DNA of 60,256 bases, filler included, from Sphacelaria rigidula (Eukaryota), in assembly GCA_964200075.2 (NCBI GenBank). It is 8 parts of 8 records of this genome, joined end to end, with 100 filler letters (N's around TTAATTAATTAA, not from the genome) between each part and the next. Parts side by side here need not be neighbours in the genome. Positions count along the whole stretch, not along the records: positions 1 to 7,445 come from CAXNAA020014887.1; positions 7,546 to 14,990 come from CAXNAA020014888.1; 6 more parts are not named here. One strand, given 5' to 3'. Both the position numbers and the translations under genes were made by a program. Position 1 is the stretch's first letter; every line of letters starts with the position of its first letter. This document shows positions 1-11,345 of this stretch, piece by piece. The notes beneath the pieces were generated by a model. That model saw only the letters and a program-made list of their open reading frames with translations, had not been told where the DNA came from and did not search any database.

Positions 1-59
1 TGTATAGTTCACATTCTGTTACTATATGACTTCTGCTCTCTATTGCTTTGCCACAGGGG

Positions 60-1310
60 CAGTTCTGTGCATCTACTTCCTCCTCCACACGACTACTGGT
101 GAATCTCTTTCTTCTTTCTGGCAGGTCCGGGTCCCCCACTCGAAATTGCAGTTTCAATTGTTTCGCCGCGTCCATTGGGCCATGCAGATATGATTTCATC
201 GCGACCCCCTCTTTCAACTCCCTGTATACCTTCAGGTGTTCTTTCTGGTCTAGTTTGCGTCTCAGCGCTCCTTTTCCCCTTGTGTATATTTTTTCTCTCA
301 CTTTTGCCTTGTACCCCGCGGCTATATGGTCAGTATTTCGTCTTGGTTTCCTTCTATCTCCTTCCATACTTTCTCGACTTATTCATCCCACCTTGTTCCA
401 GCCTTCCCTTTCGTACTTTTCTTTCACACAGCCTTATCAACTATAGGTCGCAACCTCTTTCTCTGCAGGTTCTTTACGCTATATTGCCACTCTCGATTTC
501 CTCACGTCTGTTTGTTTCAAGTGGAAACATTCCAAACTCCGCTCTCAATTCTGTATTGCTCGTCGTTTGCGAGCATCCCAGTATCTTCTTAGCTGCTTCC
601 ATCTGTACTGTTTCCAAGTTCTTCGCCAACTTCATATTCCCCTCCCATGATTCTCCTGCATATTCCAGCTTTGGTACGATTACGTTCATCAGGATACATC
701 TCTTCATCCTGATGCGAAGATGCGAGATTCTGAGGATCACGTCCAACCTGCCTATCTGTGCCACACCCTTTTCAATTATTTTATTTATGTGCGCATCCCA
801 AGAACAGTTTCTTGAGTTTTCCATCTTCGTTACATACGAGTACCGCGCATTTGTTGACGTTCGCCTCACTTTCAATTTCCTAGTGTATGCTAGAGCCTTT
901 TCCATGTGTTTATGCAACCCTTCTGCTGTTCCTGAAATCCCCACAAAACCATCTGCGAACATCAACCCTGATATCACATCGTCACCCACCTTGACTCCTT
1001 GCTTTGCTTATTCTATTACTATTATCAAGTCATTGATAAATACCTTGAACAAAGTGGGTGATACCGTGCATCCTTGTGCAACTCCTTGCAAAGTATCAAA
1101 ATATTTCGATATTTCCCCCGTCTAGCGTCATGGCACTTTTGGCACATTTTGCTACCTTCTTCACCATTCTCGACATCTTTCCTCTGATCCCAGCTTTCCA
1201 CAACTTTTTCCACAGCCCATTTCTCCATACTGTGTCATACAAGCCTTTTGCACGTCCAGAAAGAAACAGTACGTTGTCCGCCCGGCGTCTTTCCTACCTT
1301 GAATAATGTT
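60..1310 (-). mobile_element. Degenerate non-LTR retrotransposon (LINE) reverse transcriptase, 3' portion
   Basis: Minus-strand frames give RT motifs DTVWRNGLWKKLWKAGIRGK, GVAQGCTVSPTLFKVFINDL and GLMFADGFVG (FADD-like), followed by VIVPKLEYAGESW; frameshifts and stops are present. Lies downstream of the last RPC1 exon found. Confidence 0.85.
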
Positions 1311-1626
1311 ACCTAGTTGGTACACATGGCCTACGCAACTACGGTTTAATCTGAATCCTGCTTATGCCTCGCTGATTTTGTCTTCTTTTTCTAGCATCGG
1401 TCCTACTTTATCATCAAAAAATTTACAGAAAATTTTCCCTGCCGTGCTCAGTAGTGTTATCCCTCTATAGTTCCCTGGGTCAGCCTTGTCTCCTTTTTTT
1501 GAAAAGGTTGACGAGTACTCCTTCTCTCCACCTCTTGGGCGTGTACTCGTTTCCCCATATCCAGTTCTACAGCATAACCATCATAGTAATCATTCTTCAT
1601 CCCCCGGTACTTCAGAAATCCATTCA

Positions 1627-2020
1627 CTGGGGGGGACGGGGGGGGTTGTACTCATGATCTTGCATGCCGTAGTCAGATGACCATTGATCTCGCATGCCCA
1701 CAAGGCCCCGATGGAGCACGCCGAGTTATTGCCGGACCAGGCTCGCAATCGATCACCAAGCGCGAAGCGCCGTGGTGTGTTCGGCGAGTCGCACGAAGGA
1801 TGAGCTGCATCCTGCTAAGATTGTTCGACCCCGAGCAAACTGATTATCTTGCATACGGATGACAGCCTACAATGAGTTGCTTTGTTTCCTGGCATAGCCA
1901 CTTCCAGAGACAGCCACGGGTCCAACACTGCCTCATGGGTGTCTCACCATTTAAACACCACGAAGAACGTTCATCCCCGTTGCGCGGGAGTGAGGTTCTC
2001 CCACCCCGCACAGTATGATC
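1627..2020 (+). repeat. Dispersed repeat family starting poly-G-TGTACTCATGATC
   Basis: Similar sequence at 7367-7445 and 52868-52935, and in reverse at ~52080-52140 and ~52260-52645, i.e. on three contigs. Confidence 0.75.
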
Positions 2021-3377
2021 TCACTCGACCACCATCGTGGTTACCGCAAAAAAACGCAAGCGCGAAAACCCCACGATAACCTGGTTGCCTGGCTCACGTA
2101 GTGAGTGGCCTGCCTTCCAGCGTCATTGCTAACCCGCGCCAACCCCATAGGGGATCCGTCCCTACAAATCCGGGACGGAACACACCGGGTTCTCGCCAGA
2201 CCAGGCTTCCCATGGGAGGGGGGGAATACGGGATCATCCGGCTTTTGTCACCAATTCAGTGGAAGCAGGTTCAAGAGTCCATGGTTTTCATGAATCGCGC
2301 GTGGGCATTTACACATACGTGGTTGCCCGATCGTATCATGTGGACACCTAATATATGCTTGGGCTGTTTGAATTATGGGTTTGGGTGGCATGCTCCTTGC
2401 ACTCTGTGACCACGGGTTCGAGAGATCGAGCTAATGTGACGAAAGTAACAATGGTAATATTTTTCCGAGACACAAATAGGGGTGAGCAACACGACTCAGC
2501 GTGCGCAACACTGCCCACAAGAAGCCACCCCTGTGTCACTCCACTGGCCATGATGCACTCAACTCACTGCATCCTATCCGTTCGGTGCCATGCACTCACT
2601 GTACCCTTTCATTGCGCGAAATTCAGTTGTCCCTGATGTTGACAATGAACTCTGCCGCACGTTTTTTGGTTTAGGATAAGTTCGTCGTAAGAACTTTTCG
2701 TATCAGATCCCCGAGTAAAGTGTATGCATGTACCATTTCCGCTCGAGATTGCAGTGGTGAAAATACTGCAAGTCACACATTACAAAACACTATTGATAAC
2801 ATGCTGATAAGCAGCGCTGGTCGAGGACAACCCGGAGTCCAGAGCGGTTTACTTTACCGAGAGAGTCACAACCTACTGCACTGTCCCTCCCGGTGGCGAT
2901 TTGGCTTCACCAGACAAAGAAATCCAGTTCCAGAGATGACCACGTTGAAACAAGATTCGTATCTTTTGACGACGTGCGCCGACATGAAAACAGTCACCCG
3001 AAATCGCGACCACCAGTGTGACAAAGAATACCTTCACGTAGGTACCTGCACTGGCTCCACGCAAATACCCTGTCTTGAGGAACGGGCTCAGAATTTTTCC
3101 CACCTAGCATTTGCCCTGCAGCAAACGCGAGTTATTCACCCAAAGATCGGTATCAAGATACCAAGCGAAAGTAAGGGCACTTATTCGGCAGCGGTGGTTG
3201 GGACACTCTTTCGGACCATCGACCCGTCAGAGATCACCAATACCCACAACAAAAAATTGCGCGTGGTGTTCGTGAGTCAAGAGCTGGGACGGGGCAGGCC
3301 GCCATGGGGGTGGTAGGTGTTGTCCTAGCCGCAAATCGTATGTGCGGGTGTGTGGCGGACTGAAAACAACGAGTTAC

Positions 3378-3525
3378 CTCGGCGTCGAGATGCATTCTCT
3401 GCCGCATCCCGTCCCTGGTAGTCACCAGGCTAGCCAAGAAGTCTGTGAGCTCCTCAGTCCATCGCTGACCCTGCGGCAAGATATCCCTGAACCGCTTCTC
3501 CTTCAGTATGCCGGCGCATCGCTCC
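3378..3525 (-). CDS. POLR3A: RNA polymerase III largest subunit, internal exon 4 of 4 found
   Basis: CAG acceptor, GTAACT donor, phase-compatible with exon 4433-4488; (R)ERCAGILKEKRFRDILPQGQRWTEELTDFLASLVTTRDGMRQRMHLDAE fits the helical region after the PCxxEP motif of RPC1. Confidence 0.75.
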
Positions 3526-4432
3526 CTGCTCTCCCCGACGAACATGCGCAAGATGGGTTGCAAAGGAGAGGTGGTCTATGGGGGTACGTATTACGCAAGG
3601 CGACGAACATCACAGCAGATGCTACAGCTAGACGAAATCCACACGTCTTTTTCCCGCTGAAAAAACGATATTTGTCATGCTCCTGCCCCGCCGTCGAGCA
3701 TCTTCAAACACCTTTGAAACAGTCAGTGTGGAGCAGATTCCATAGGTATATCTTGTGAATCTTCCATCCCTTTTCTCCAGTTCCATCCTTCAGGAGACAA
3801 TATGCTGTCCGCGCGGACACTTTGACATATCATCCAGTCTCACTTGAGAATGGAGGAGCCCTGGTTTGAATTCTCAAGGGGGCCCGAGAAAAGGAATTAA
3901 ATGGGCTCACGCAAGCAGATACGTGTCGCTTCCCACGCGATCGTCGACAGAGCCAAAACAATTTGTGCAGACGAAGCCGGAGTCCCTCAGACATATCTCC
4001 AGCCGTTCGGAGCGTCGGTGCCCAAGTATTTACAAATCTCTCGCGAGACAGGTGTGATGTTGTTTCCTCTCTCCCCAAAAATGTATTTTTCGGAGGAGTT
4101 CCGTCGATTGCCGACAAGCGCAAACGATGAACACGCGGTCTCGATCGTTTGAATGGTATGTTTGATTCGAGGTACTGCAGGGTTCCCACCATAGGGGGGG
4201 TCACAATCACCCTTCACAAGTCTGATCCACCGTACGCACTAATATCAGGTAGTTGAACTATAGCATGACAGTGCAGGGTCCCCGCCATGGTGCGGTCATG
4301 CTGGGCTGACCATCCACAGCACTACGATGGGGGCGGTCACGGTACTATTACTAATAACAGCGTGAAGTATAGGGTTGTAGCCTACTCTCCTCGACAAGGT
4401 TCAACAATAGCACCGTCCACCGTCTGCCTCAC

Positions 4433-4488
4433 CGCAGTTGCGCTGGAAGCAGGGAAGGCTCGTCGACGCAGGGCTTGGTGAGCACCAC
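4433..4488 (-). CDS. POLR3A: RNA polymerase III largest subunit, internal exon 3 of 4 found
   Basis: Pyrimidine tract + CAG acceptor, GTGAGG donor; VVLTKPCVDEPSLLPAQL(R) resembles the RPC1 PCxxEPxL motif. Confidence 0.8.
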
Positions 4489-5239
4489 CTGGAAAAACGA
4501 ACGAAGAAAAATAATCACATACGGACCAAATGAGCAAGACGAAAAAAGGTGAAATTTGCACAATTGTAAGTTCTTCGACTTCTTGTCCATCAAGCGACAC
4601 CCAGAAATCCAGTCCATCGTACCTGCGACCAAAACAAACGCAAGTGTTTCTGCCTACGAGAACATGACACTATCAAGTTACACGTATCAGTGTGAGCAGC
4701 CGGGGACACCGAGCACTCACTCCCCCGCCCGGGCAATCCGTACGGAGAATAAGTAGCCCTCAGAAAACCATGCGTCGCGATGTCACTGCTGCAACGGTAC
4801 CCGCACCGAGATTATCTGGGAAAATGTCCGCACTACTTTCGCACGGCTTGCCATCGGCATTTCGAACCCGTGACCCACAACATTTGCTGGAAGATCTATG
4901 GTGTTCCTACGCAGGAGACGTTGCATGACACCGTGATCAAAAATCGCAAAATATGCCCGTGTTCACGGTACATAGCATGAGAGGATTGTGGTCGAAGGGT
5001 GCGAATACCGACCCCCGCTGAATCCAACTCCACACCCTGACGAGAAATCTCAACCTTTCAACCACAAGGGTGAGTCATCCGTTGAGTGGACATTATTTTC
5101 ACAGAAACAAAAAGTTGTACGACCAAGATGACCCAGGTGGCTCACCATGACCACAAAGTAATGAGTACACTCGAAAAAAGACCCGTGCTCAATTCCTCAT
5201 GGTAACCGCAAAAAGGAATATCACCTCACACACGTAAAT

Positions 5240-5665
5240 CTATTCTTGACCCCGGTTTGCACACGCCACCTGCAGCCCTAACATACCAAAACTTCCCGGC
5301 AAGGTCGTTATGCAGGATGCGATTCTCGTATACCCGGGGTATTCACAAGGTATGTACCACCCGTACCCGACAGTTCTGTGAGTTCTGCAAACTGGTGCTC
5401 GATCGTTGTATAAGATATGTGCAAATTGTTTACCCTTATCCGGGGTACGGATATACCCTTGTAGAAATAATACACGGTTGCGGATAAGGGTTTCTGCACA
5501 ACTAGCAAACCGTACCCAACAGGTTCTGCGAGTCTTCCCAAGACTTTCATACCGGTACCTGACAGGTCTGTAAGCTCTGTTTAAAATGTCATACCCCACC
5601 GAACATACCGGTACCCTACAGAATACAACCTTGGAACCTTCATTATATACCCGCACCCGGGTCCT
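5240..5665. repeat. Probable TE-derived repeat rich in TACCC/GGGTA motifs (RPC1 intron)
   Basis: Recurrent ACCCG/TACCC motifs in both orientations and no credible protein; single copy in this window. Confidence 0.35.
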
Positions 5666-5706
5666 AATCCTACATCTAGCTGCTAGCTCTTGACCCGAAT
5701 CCGGAC

Positions 5707-5790
5707 CTGGGTCAAAAGCTTCTGGTAGTCGACCGGCTGTCCAACGTCAACGGAATCACCGGTTCCTTGTGCCTTCACGCGCATGTTCGC
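5707..5790 (-). CDS. POLR3A: RNA polymerase III largest subunit, internal exon 2 of 4 found
   Basis: Pyrimidine tract + CAG acceptor, GT donor, 84 nt, phase 0/0; ANMRVKAQGTGDSVDVGQPVDYQKLLTQ joins exons 6899-7069 and 4433-4488 in frame and carries a PVD-aromatic motif. Confidence 0.75.
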
Positions 5791-6898
5791 CTGTCCGAGG
5801 GAATGGAATAGCAGAATAAGAAAGTCGTCATGAAATGATGCGGCCCAATGTTCCACGGACGGTGAATGTGTGTAGTTGCATGCTTCCCATTATCAAATTA
5901 CCAAAACCACACACCTCGCGATGGGACATGTTTGTAATGGATGATGGCAGCATTGCTGAGTAGGAAAGTGGGTACAAGTGTCTCGGTAAAAAAAAAAACG
6001 GGACGCCTTCCGTACACAAAGTTTCAATGCAGATCAACAGTGCAAGTTATCCGCAAAAGAGACCCAATGCTTTTTTTCAAGTCCGTTCACACTACGTGCA
6101 TTACCTCAACCATTCGAAAATCTTCAACATGTGCTCCACAATGTGCAGAATTATACTTCAGCGAACCAATGGATATACTGCTCGGTCTTCGCCTCCACGC
6201 ACGAAAAGTTGAGCCCGTCTTCCTCATCCACAAAAACTGGACGACCTATGCTGCTCTCTTTGATGCCCCAAGATTTCAAGATGCAACTTCACATATTACG
6301 GGGTTTAAGTCAAGCGGGTCGATTAATCTCAACGTCGCTGTCAATATTCATGGCTTACAGCCAGCGGTTGAGCTCATCATCACCATACACGGAAACTGCG
6401 CGGCAAATTTTCACTCGATGAATCCCCCTGGCTGACCATGTGCACCCCGCACTGCGGGGTAACAGGGAAAGCGGGGCAATCACTCTGCGGGGGAACTACA
6501 ATGAGGCGAGCATTTACGATGGTGATCTTCTATCCATCATCAAGCGGTACAGTCGACAATTTTCCACCTTTTTATACACGAAGAAATGAGACGGTCCTTC
6601 CGTAGACGAACCGGGTGGTGGTGAGTACGCTCGCTACTCGTCATCTCCACCCCGCGATTCGCAGTAAATAGTCTAAGCGGGAGAATCTCTAATCAGCAGT
6701 GACTCCTCGCGCCGAATCTACATTTTTCACCTTCACGCATGCAGGAATGAGCGTTCCATCTCCGTACGCACGAGGTGTATGATAACTCTGCTCGCGCTCC
6801 GTGCCGTGTACCCTAAAACGCGGGGCTATCTGCAACATTAAGCAGGTCCAGCTACCCTATCTCATTTTACTCCTGTTTCTTCCCCCCCCCCCCGTTAC

Positions 6899-7069
6899 CT
6901 CCATGCACGAAGGGTTGAGTCCGTCATCTCCGTAGACGAACTGGATGATGGTCTGCTCACTGTTCCTGACGGAGCGGTCGTACTGCATGCTCAGGTCCTC
7001 CAGTGCCTTCATGAGCCGTCGGGCCATGTACCCCGTTTCGGCAGTCTTCACCGCCGTGTCCACCAACCC
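6899..7069 (-). CDS. POLR3A: RNA polymerase III largest subunit, bridge-helix exon (exon 1 of 4 found)
   Basis: CAG|GGG acceptor, GAG|GTAAC donor, 171 nt; [64 protein letters not shown] and LEDL are RPC1-type rather than RPB1-type. Confidence 0.93.
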
Positions 7070-7445
7070 CTGCGCCATTGATTCGGATTGATGCGACTGA
7101 TTGGCCATCTCATTTTGACTGATCCGCTACGGCTCTTTCAGCCTTGGTGACAGGATAGATACACCCATGGTGGGGGGGGAAAAAAACGCTCTTTTGGATC
7201 TTGAGCACAAGAAAGGCACCAGAAAAAGCACAACAAACGCACGCAGATGAATAAACAAAACGGGTTGACAGAGATGCTGGACTGAGAACGGTCTGAACAA
7301 AACACCCGATAGCTCCGCGAATTTTCGCCAAACAGGAGATTGTACATGGGCGGCGATTAAAAAAAGGGGGGGGGGGGGTGTACTCATTATCTTTCATGCC
7401 ATAGTCATGAGACCATTGACTTCGCATTCCTACAAAGACGGGACG

Positions 7446-7545
7446 NNNNNNNNNNNNNNNNNNNNNNNNNNNNNNNNNNNNNNNNNNNNTTAATTAATTA
7501 ANNNNNNNNNNNNNNNNNNNNNNNNNNNNNNNNNNNNNNNNNNNN
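7446..7545. other. Artificial contig spacer
   Basis: 44 N + TTAATTAATTAA (stops in all six frames) + 44 N. Confidence 0.99.
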
Positions 7546-8709
7546 TAAAATCTGTGCCTGTCGACCCCCGCCAGTTTGGCCAAACTGAAAAGCAGACTAG
7601 GCTCCTCTCTGTGGGGTGATGCAAAGTGCCCGAGACGTGTGTTGGCGGTTTTCTCGGCTTGGGGTCCAAAAGGCGGGTAAAACGTCATAAAAGTGAACAA
7701 TCCGTGGGCCAAAAATCTGTTTGCCGTAACATCCGGCCTTATCTTGCTTACTTTGGGGGGTAATCTGCTTCTCAGATCACCGGAAATTCTCGGAATAGAA
7801 AAATGCCTCCAAAATGTTCCGGTTCGAGCGGACTACCCCGCTCACTGTAATTTGATCAGGTGATTCACCTCACCGGTGATCCGGCGAACCGTAATATTTT
7901 ACATTTTGTATACAGATCACTCGCCGTAAGCGTAGGCCTCTGTGTGAACCATCAATCATATTTTGCCCTTGTTGTGCCAAAAAAAGTGTAAACAGCAAAG
8001 AGGTGCCAAATAAACCAAACGTTCCCGGTAGCGCCGAAGATTTGACGGTTACATTTTCGCATGGTTACATTTTTGAATGTGTAGATTTCAGCACTAGCTC
8101 GGAACAACCATTTGTACAGACGTGCACACCAGAAGACCGAACAATGTGTCCTGAAGTGAGAACTTGGGACGGGCGGTCTTCTCCAGCACATCCAGATCGT
8201 GCACACAAGAACTCGCGTAAATCACCTGTTGAAGATAACGTCGAATGGCCCGATCTAGGCACACAGAGTGCGCAGACATCATCGCCCCGTCTCCGCCGTT
8301 GGTCCTTTCACAGCAGCAGTCAAGGGCGAAACGGCGGTGCAGTAGAAGTACTGACGATGCCGTCTTTGGCAGTGGCCACAACAGTACAACGGTACCACCA
8401 GCAATGATTCAGAAAAGCAGCTGCCGATCATGGGGTGATTAGCTGTAGAACATCATACACGCAGTAAATCTGTGCTGTGAATTCGATCTGATTGTGCTGC
8501 TGCTGCTGCCTTTTGTGCCGCTGTCCTCGTAAAGGGTTGATGTTTGACATCTTCAGCCTTGGGGTCCGACCGCAGCCGCACGCCGAAGGCGAATCAGAAT
8601 TTTCCCGGAATATTCTTCCTTTATTTTAGTGTAGTGTGTGGATACCGATATTTCGGATCTACAGTGGTACTGACAGTCCCGAGTGCTCGTACTGTAGTGA
8701 ACGAGTACA

Positions 8710-8850
8710 TTCGCAGAAACGCGTGTTTGTCAAAATCGGCGCCGATTTGAGCCATTCGCAGAAGCATCCACGTTGTCTAGAGTCCCCTGCGCACACCCTT
8801 CACTCACGCGTTCTTGGCATGCCTTGGGTTGGGATTAGCTTTAACCCTTA
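8710..8850 (+). repeat. Dispersed repeat with telomere-like (TTAGGG) end, diverged copy
   Basis: Similar to 14620-14790, 18790-18956 and the reverse of 15500-15665. Confidence 0.55.
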
Positions 8851-9713
8851 GACCGCGGTGCGGGTAGTCCATCCGGATCATGCATAATTTTTTAAGTGGA
8901 TATTTTTGATGCCGATTCAGCAGGTGACCTACTGTTGTTGTCGCGGGTAAAGGGCCAAGATCAGCGTTTTTTAAACCCTTTCTGTGAAGTCATTCGAAAT
9001 AGTTGTACCGTACTCAAATTGGGACTGCGGAAGCCAAAATCTTTGTCTCGAAGTAGCTACGGAATATCCATGCCGTGGTGGTACACGTGTGCTGTAGGTG
9101 AGTATGCGTCGATGATCGTTTCCTGCTGAAACATCTTGTGTTTTACGGTACAGTACCGATTGTATGAAATACACACGCGTTCCACGGTGGTCGCTGTTCC
9201 TGATACTCGTACGGTACAGCAAACCATGGATGACGGGTATCAAAAATACGCACTGAAACTATGTTCACGGGTAAAAATAGCAAAAAGAAAGGCATGTCTG
9301 TCCGGAAATAAAATATTCTGTATTTTGTATCCAACTCTTTTGTCAGTCGGGATTCGGTTTAGATTCCAACTTGATTCAACTTTACTTGAGTGCAGTACAT
9401 GCAGCTACTGTAGAAAGACCAGCAGTAGGAACGTCAACACCCCGGCATAATCAACTACAACGACGACGTCCATATACAGAAGTGGGAGGGTAGAATTTTG
9501 TATGCATTTCCTCGCTTCCCTTCAGCAGCAGCGGCTTTAGATAAAGCGTGCGGGAGAGAGAGAGAGAGACAGGGAGAACAGACTGTGGATGCGCGTCGAC
9601 TCCCGCACTATTACCTCGATCAATTGGTGATTTGAGACCCGAGAGAGCGCGTTCGATCAGGCCTTCACAGCAGGAACAACCGGGCAACCTGTGCTTGCAT
9701 TACTATAATGCAG

Positions 9714-9758
9714 CTACCGTCACCCAAGACGTCTATCAAGACGCCTACGAGTAGAACG
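9714..9758 (+). CDS. Candidate short exon, unknown gene
   Basis: TGCAG acceptor, GTGAGC donor, 45 nt, LPSPKTSIKTPTSRT; splices in frame to 11233. No homology recognised. Confidence 0.3.
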
Positions 9759-11232
9759 GTGAGCTTTAGCCTTGCGGTACAGGTAGAGATGCATAGGCGT
9801 AGTGGTCGAAGACAGCACAGTAGGGTACACACTGCCCAGCACATGTATGTATCTCTTGTTGTACTGTTGTTGCACTAATATGATGTATCAAGCGTCCAGG
9901 GCCGCGCCTCATACAGCCCGTGTCGAACAGTTTTTTTTCAGCACGGAAAAACAAGCACCTGCCGCCAACTTGACGTTCGGCAGCGGATAGAGATTCCATC
10001 TGTACATAGTACCAAGAGCGAGTACCCCGCATCCTCAGAGCCCGGTCACTACTACCCTACTCACACCATAGGGTGTCCAAATAATCGACACAGCCTCTCA
10101 ACGTTTGGTTAACAAGCCTCTTTTATTTCGTCAGCCCTAGATTGTGTACAAAAGAACTGTAAAGTCGTCGGAGGGGAGGGGAATGACGTTTCGAAGAAGC
10201 ATTTATTCCCCTGGCGGGTCTGAGTTATGTTGTGTTTTCGACGTGGACGTTCGCCAAGCCTGCAGACCCTCATGTTCAGCAGACTTTTTTGTACTTTATC
10301 GCATTCCCCAGAATGAATTTACAACACACTGCCGAAGAGTTCGTGGGTTCGCCGCAACCTCCTGCGCTGCTGTTGGTGTGGAATAGATTATCTAAATAGC
10401 CCATTTCCAACGCAGTGCAGAAAGTGCACGCCGTATGTTCTGTGCCTACTGTACTCTCTGCACATAACAGTAGTTGCGTAGGACTTGCACGAGGATGTTC
10501 TCGGTTGTGCTTGGTTGTGGGCAGGTCGTGAGAGGTGGTACATGAAGGATCATTATTTTTCGCGTTGAAGGGATGCGGAATTTTCGTGCTCAAAGGCCCT
10601 CACCTGAAAGTCACCATGAAATTTTCCGCGCCATAATTCAGACAGATTATTCTCTGCGCGAGGTGAAGATGAACACGCAGATCGTTACTGTCTATACTGA
10701 ACTGCACTGTACTCGTGTAATGGCTGTACCCTGCTTCACTCTACTCCGATGTTGGGCACTCTACGGCATGCAGTGCGCTGTTGTTTGCTGTGGTGCGCTG
10801 TTGTGTGGCAAAGGCTCGCCTGCGATACCCAGCTATATCTAAAAGTACACAGCACGCATGGAGAAGAACTGTGGCATATTGATGTCTGCTGTGCCCTCTA
10901 CCCACTACAAGCAACAAATATTGCCGCCTATGTTGCACACATGTCCTGAACCGCATTTAGCTGCCTTGGGCGCAAGGCAGCAAGTCCTAGCTCAGCAGCA
11001 GCACTTCTGTGCTATGAATACTGCATGAGAGATAGTAGCCGTCAATCATTTCCTCTCCTCAACCGGAGCGTTGAAATCGTACACAACATCTTGGCGGAGG
11101 TGGGCATTCTTACTTGAAATATTCTCCCCGACTTTTTACCGTTTGTCCTTTAGACAGCAATGGTTCGGTTTCGGTGCATTGTTAGCCTCAACCTCTGGTT
11201 TTTGCATGATTCCTGTACGTTACACCTGTCAG

Positions 11233-11345
11233 CCCGGCGGCAGCAGCAACACCATAACATGTCCTCGGCATCCAAGATCGTGGGTGGAAAAAAAGGTGTT
11301 TTTCGTCACCAAGACAAGGGTCTGCCCGTACTGTGAACTCGAGAG
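11233..11345 (+). CDS. Candidate exon with CxxH-x17-CxxC putative zinc-binding motif
   Basis: TCAG acceptor, GTGAGC donor; PGGSSNTITCPRHPRSWVEKKVFFVTKTRVCPYCELE. Confidence 0.4.

Noticed and set aside
175-1125. 316-aa plus-strand ORF
   Set aside because: Antisense shadow of the minus-strand LINE RT remnant.
4561-4623. Possible extra RPC1 exon (YDGLDFWVSLDGQEVEELTI)
   Set aside because: It has an acceptor-like site but is phase-incompatible; exons 5707-5790 and 4433-4488 already join in frame with recognisable RPC1 sequence.
2020-5200. Degenerate retroelement suggested by a KYLG motif near 4020
   Set aside because: No other RT motifs; the coding-like segments here are explained by RPC1 exons.
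6899-7069. RPB1 (Pol II) or viral polymerase identity
   Set aside because: Residues and downstream exons fit RPC1, and canonical spliceosomal introns indicate a host nuclear gene.
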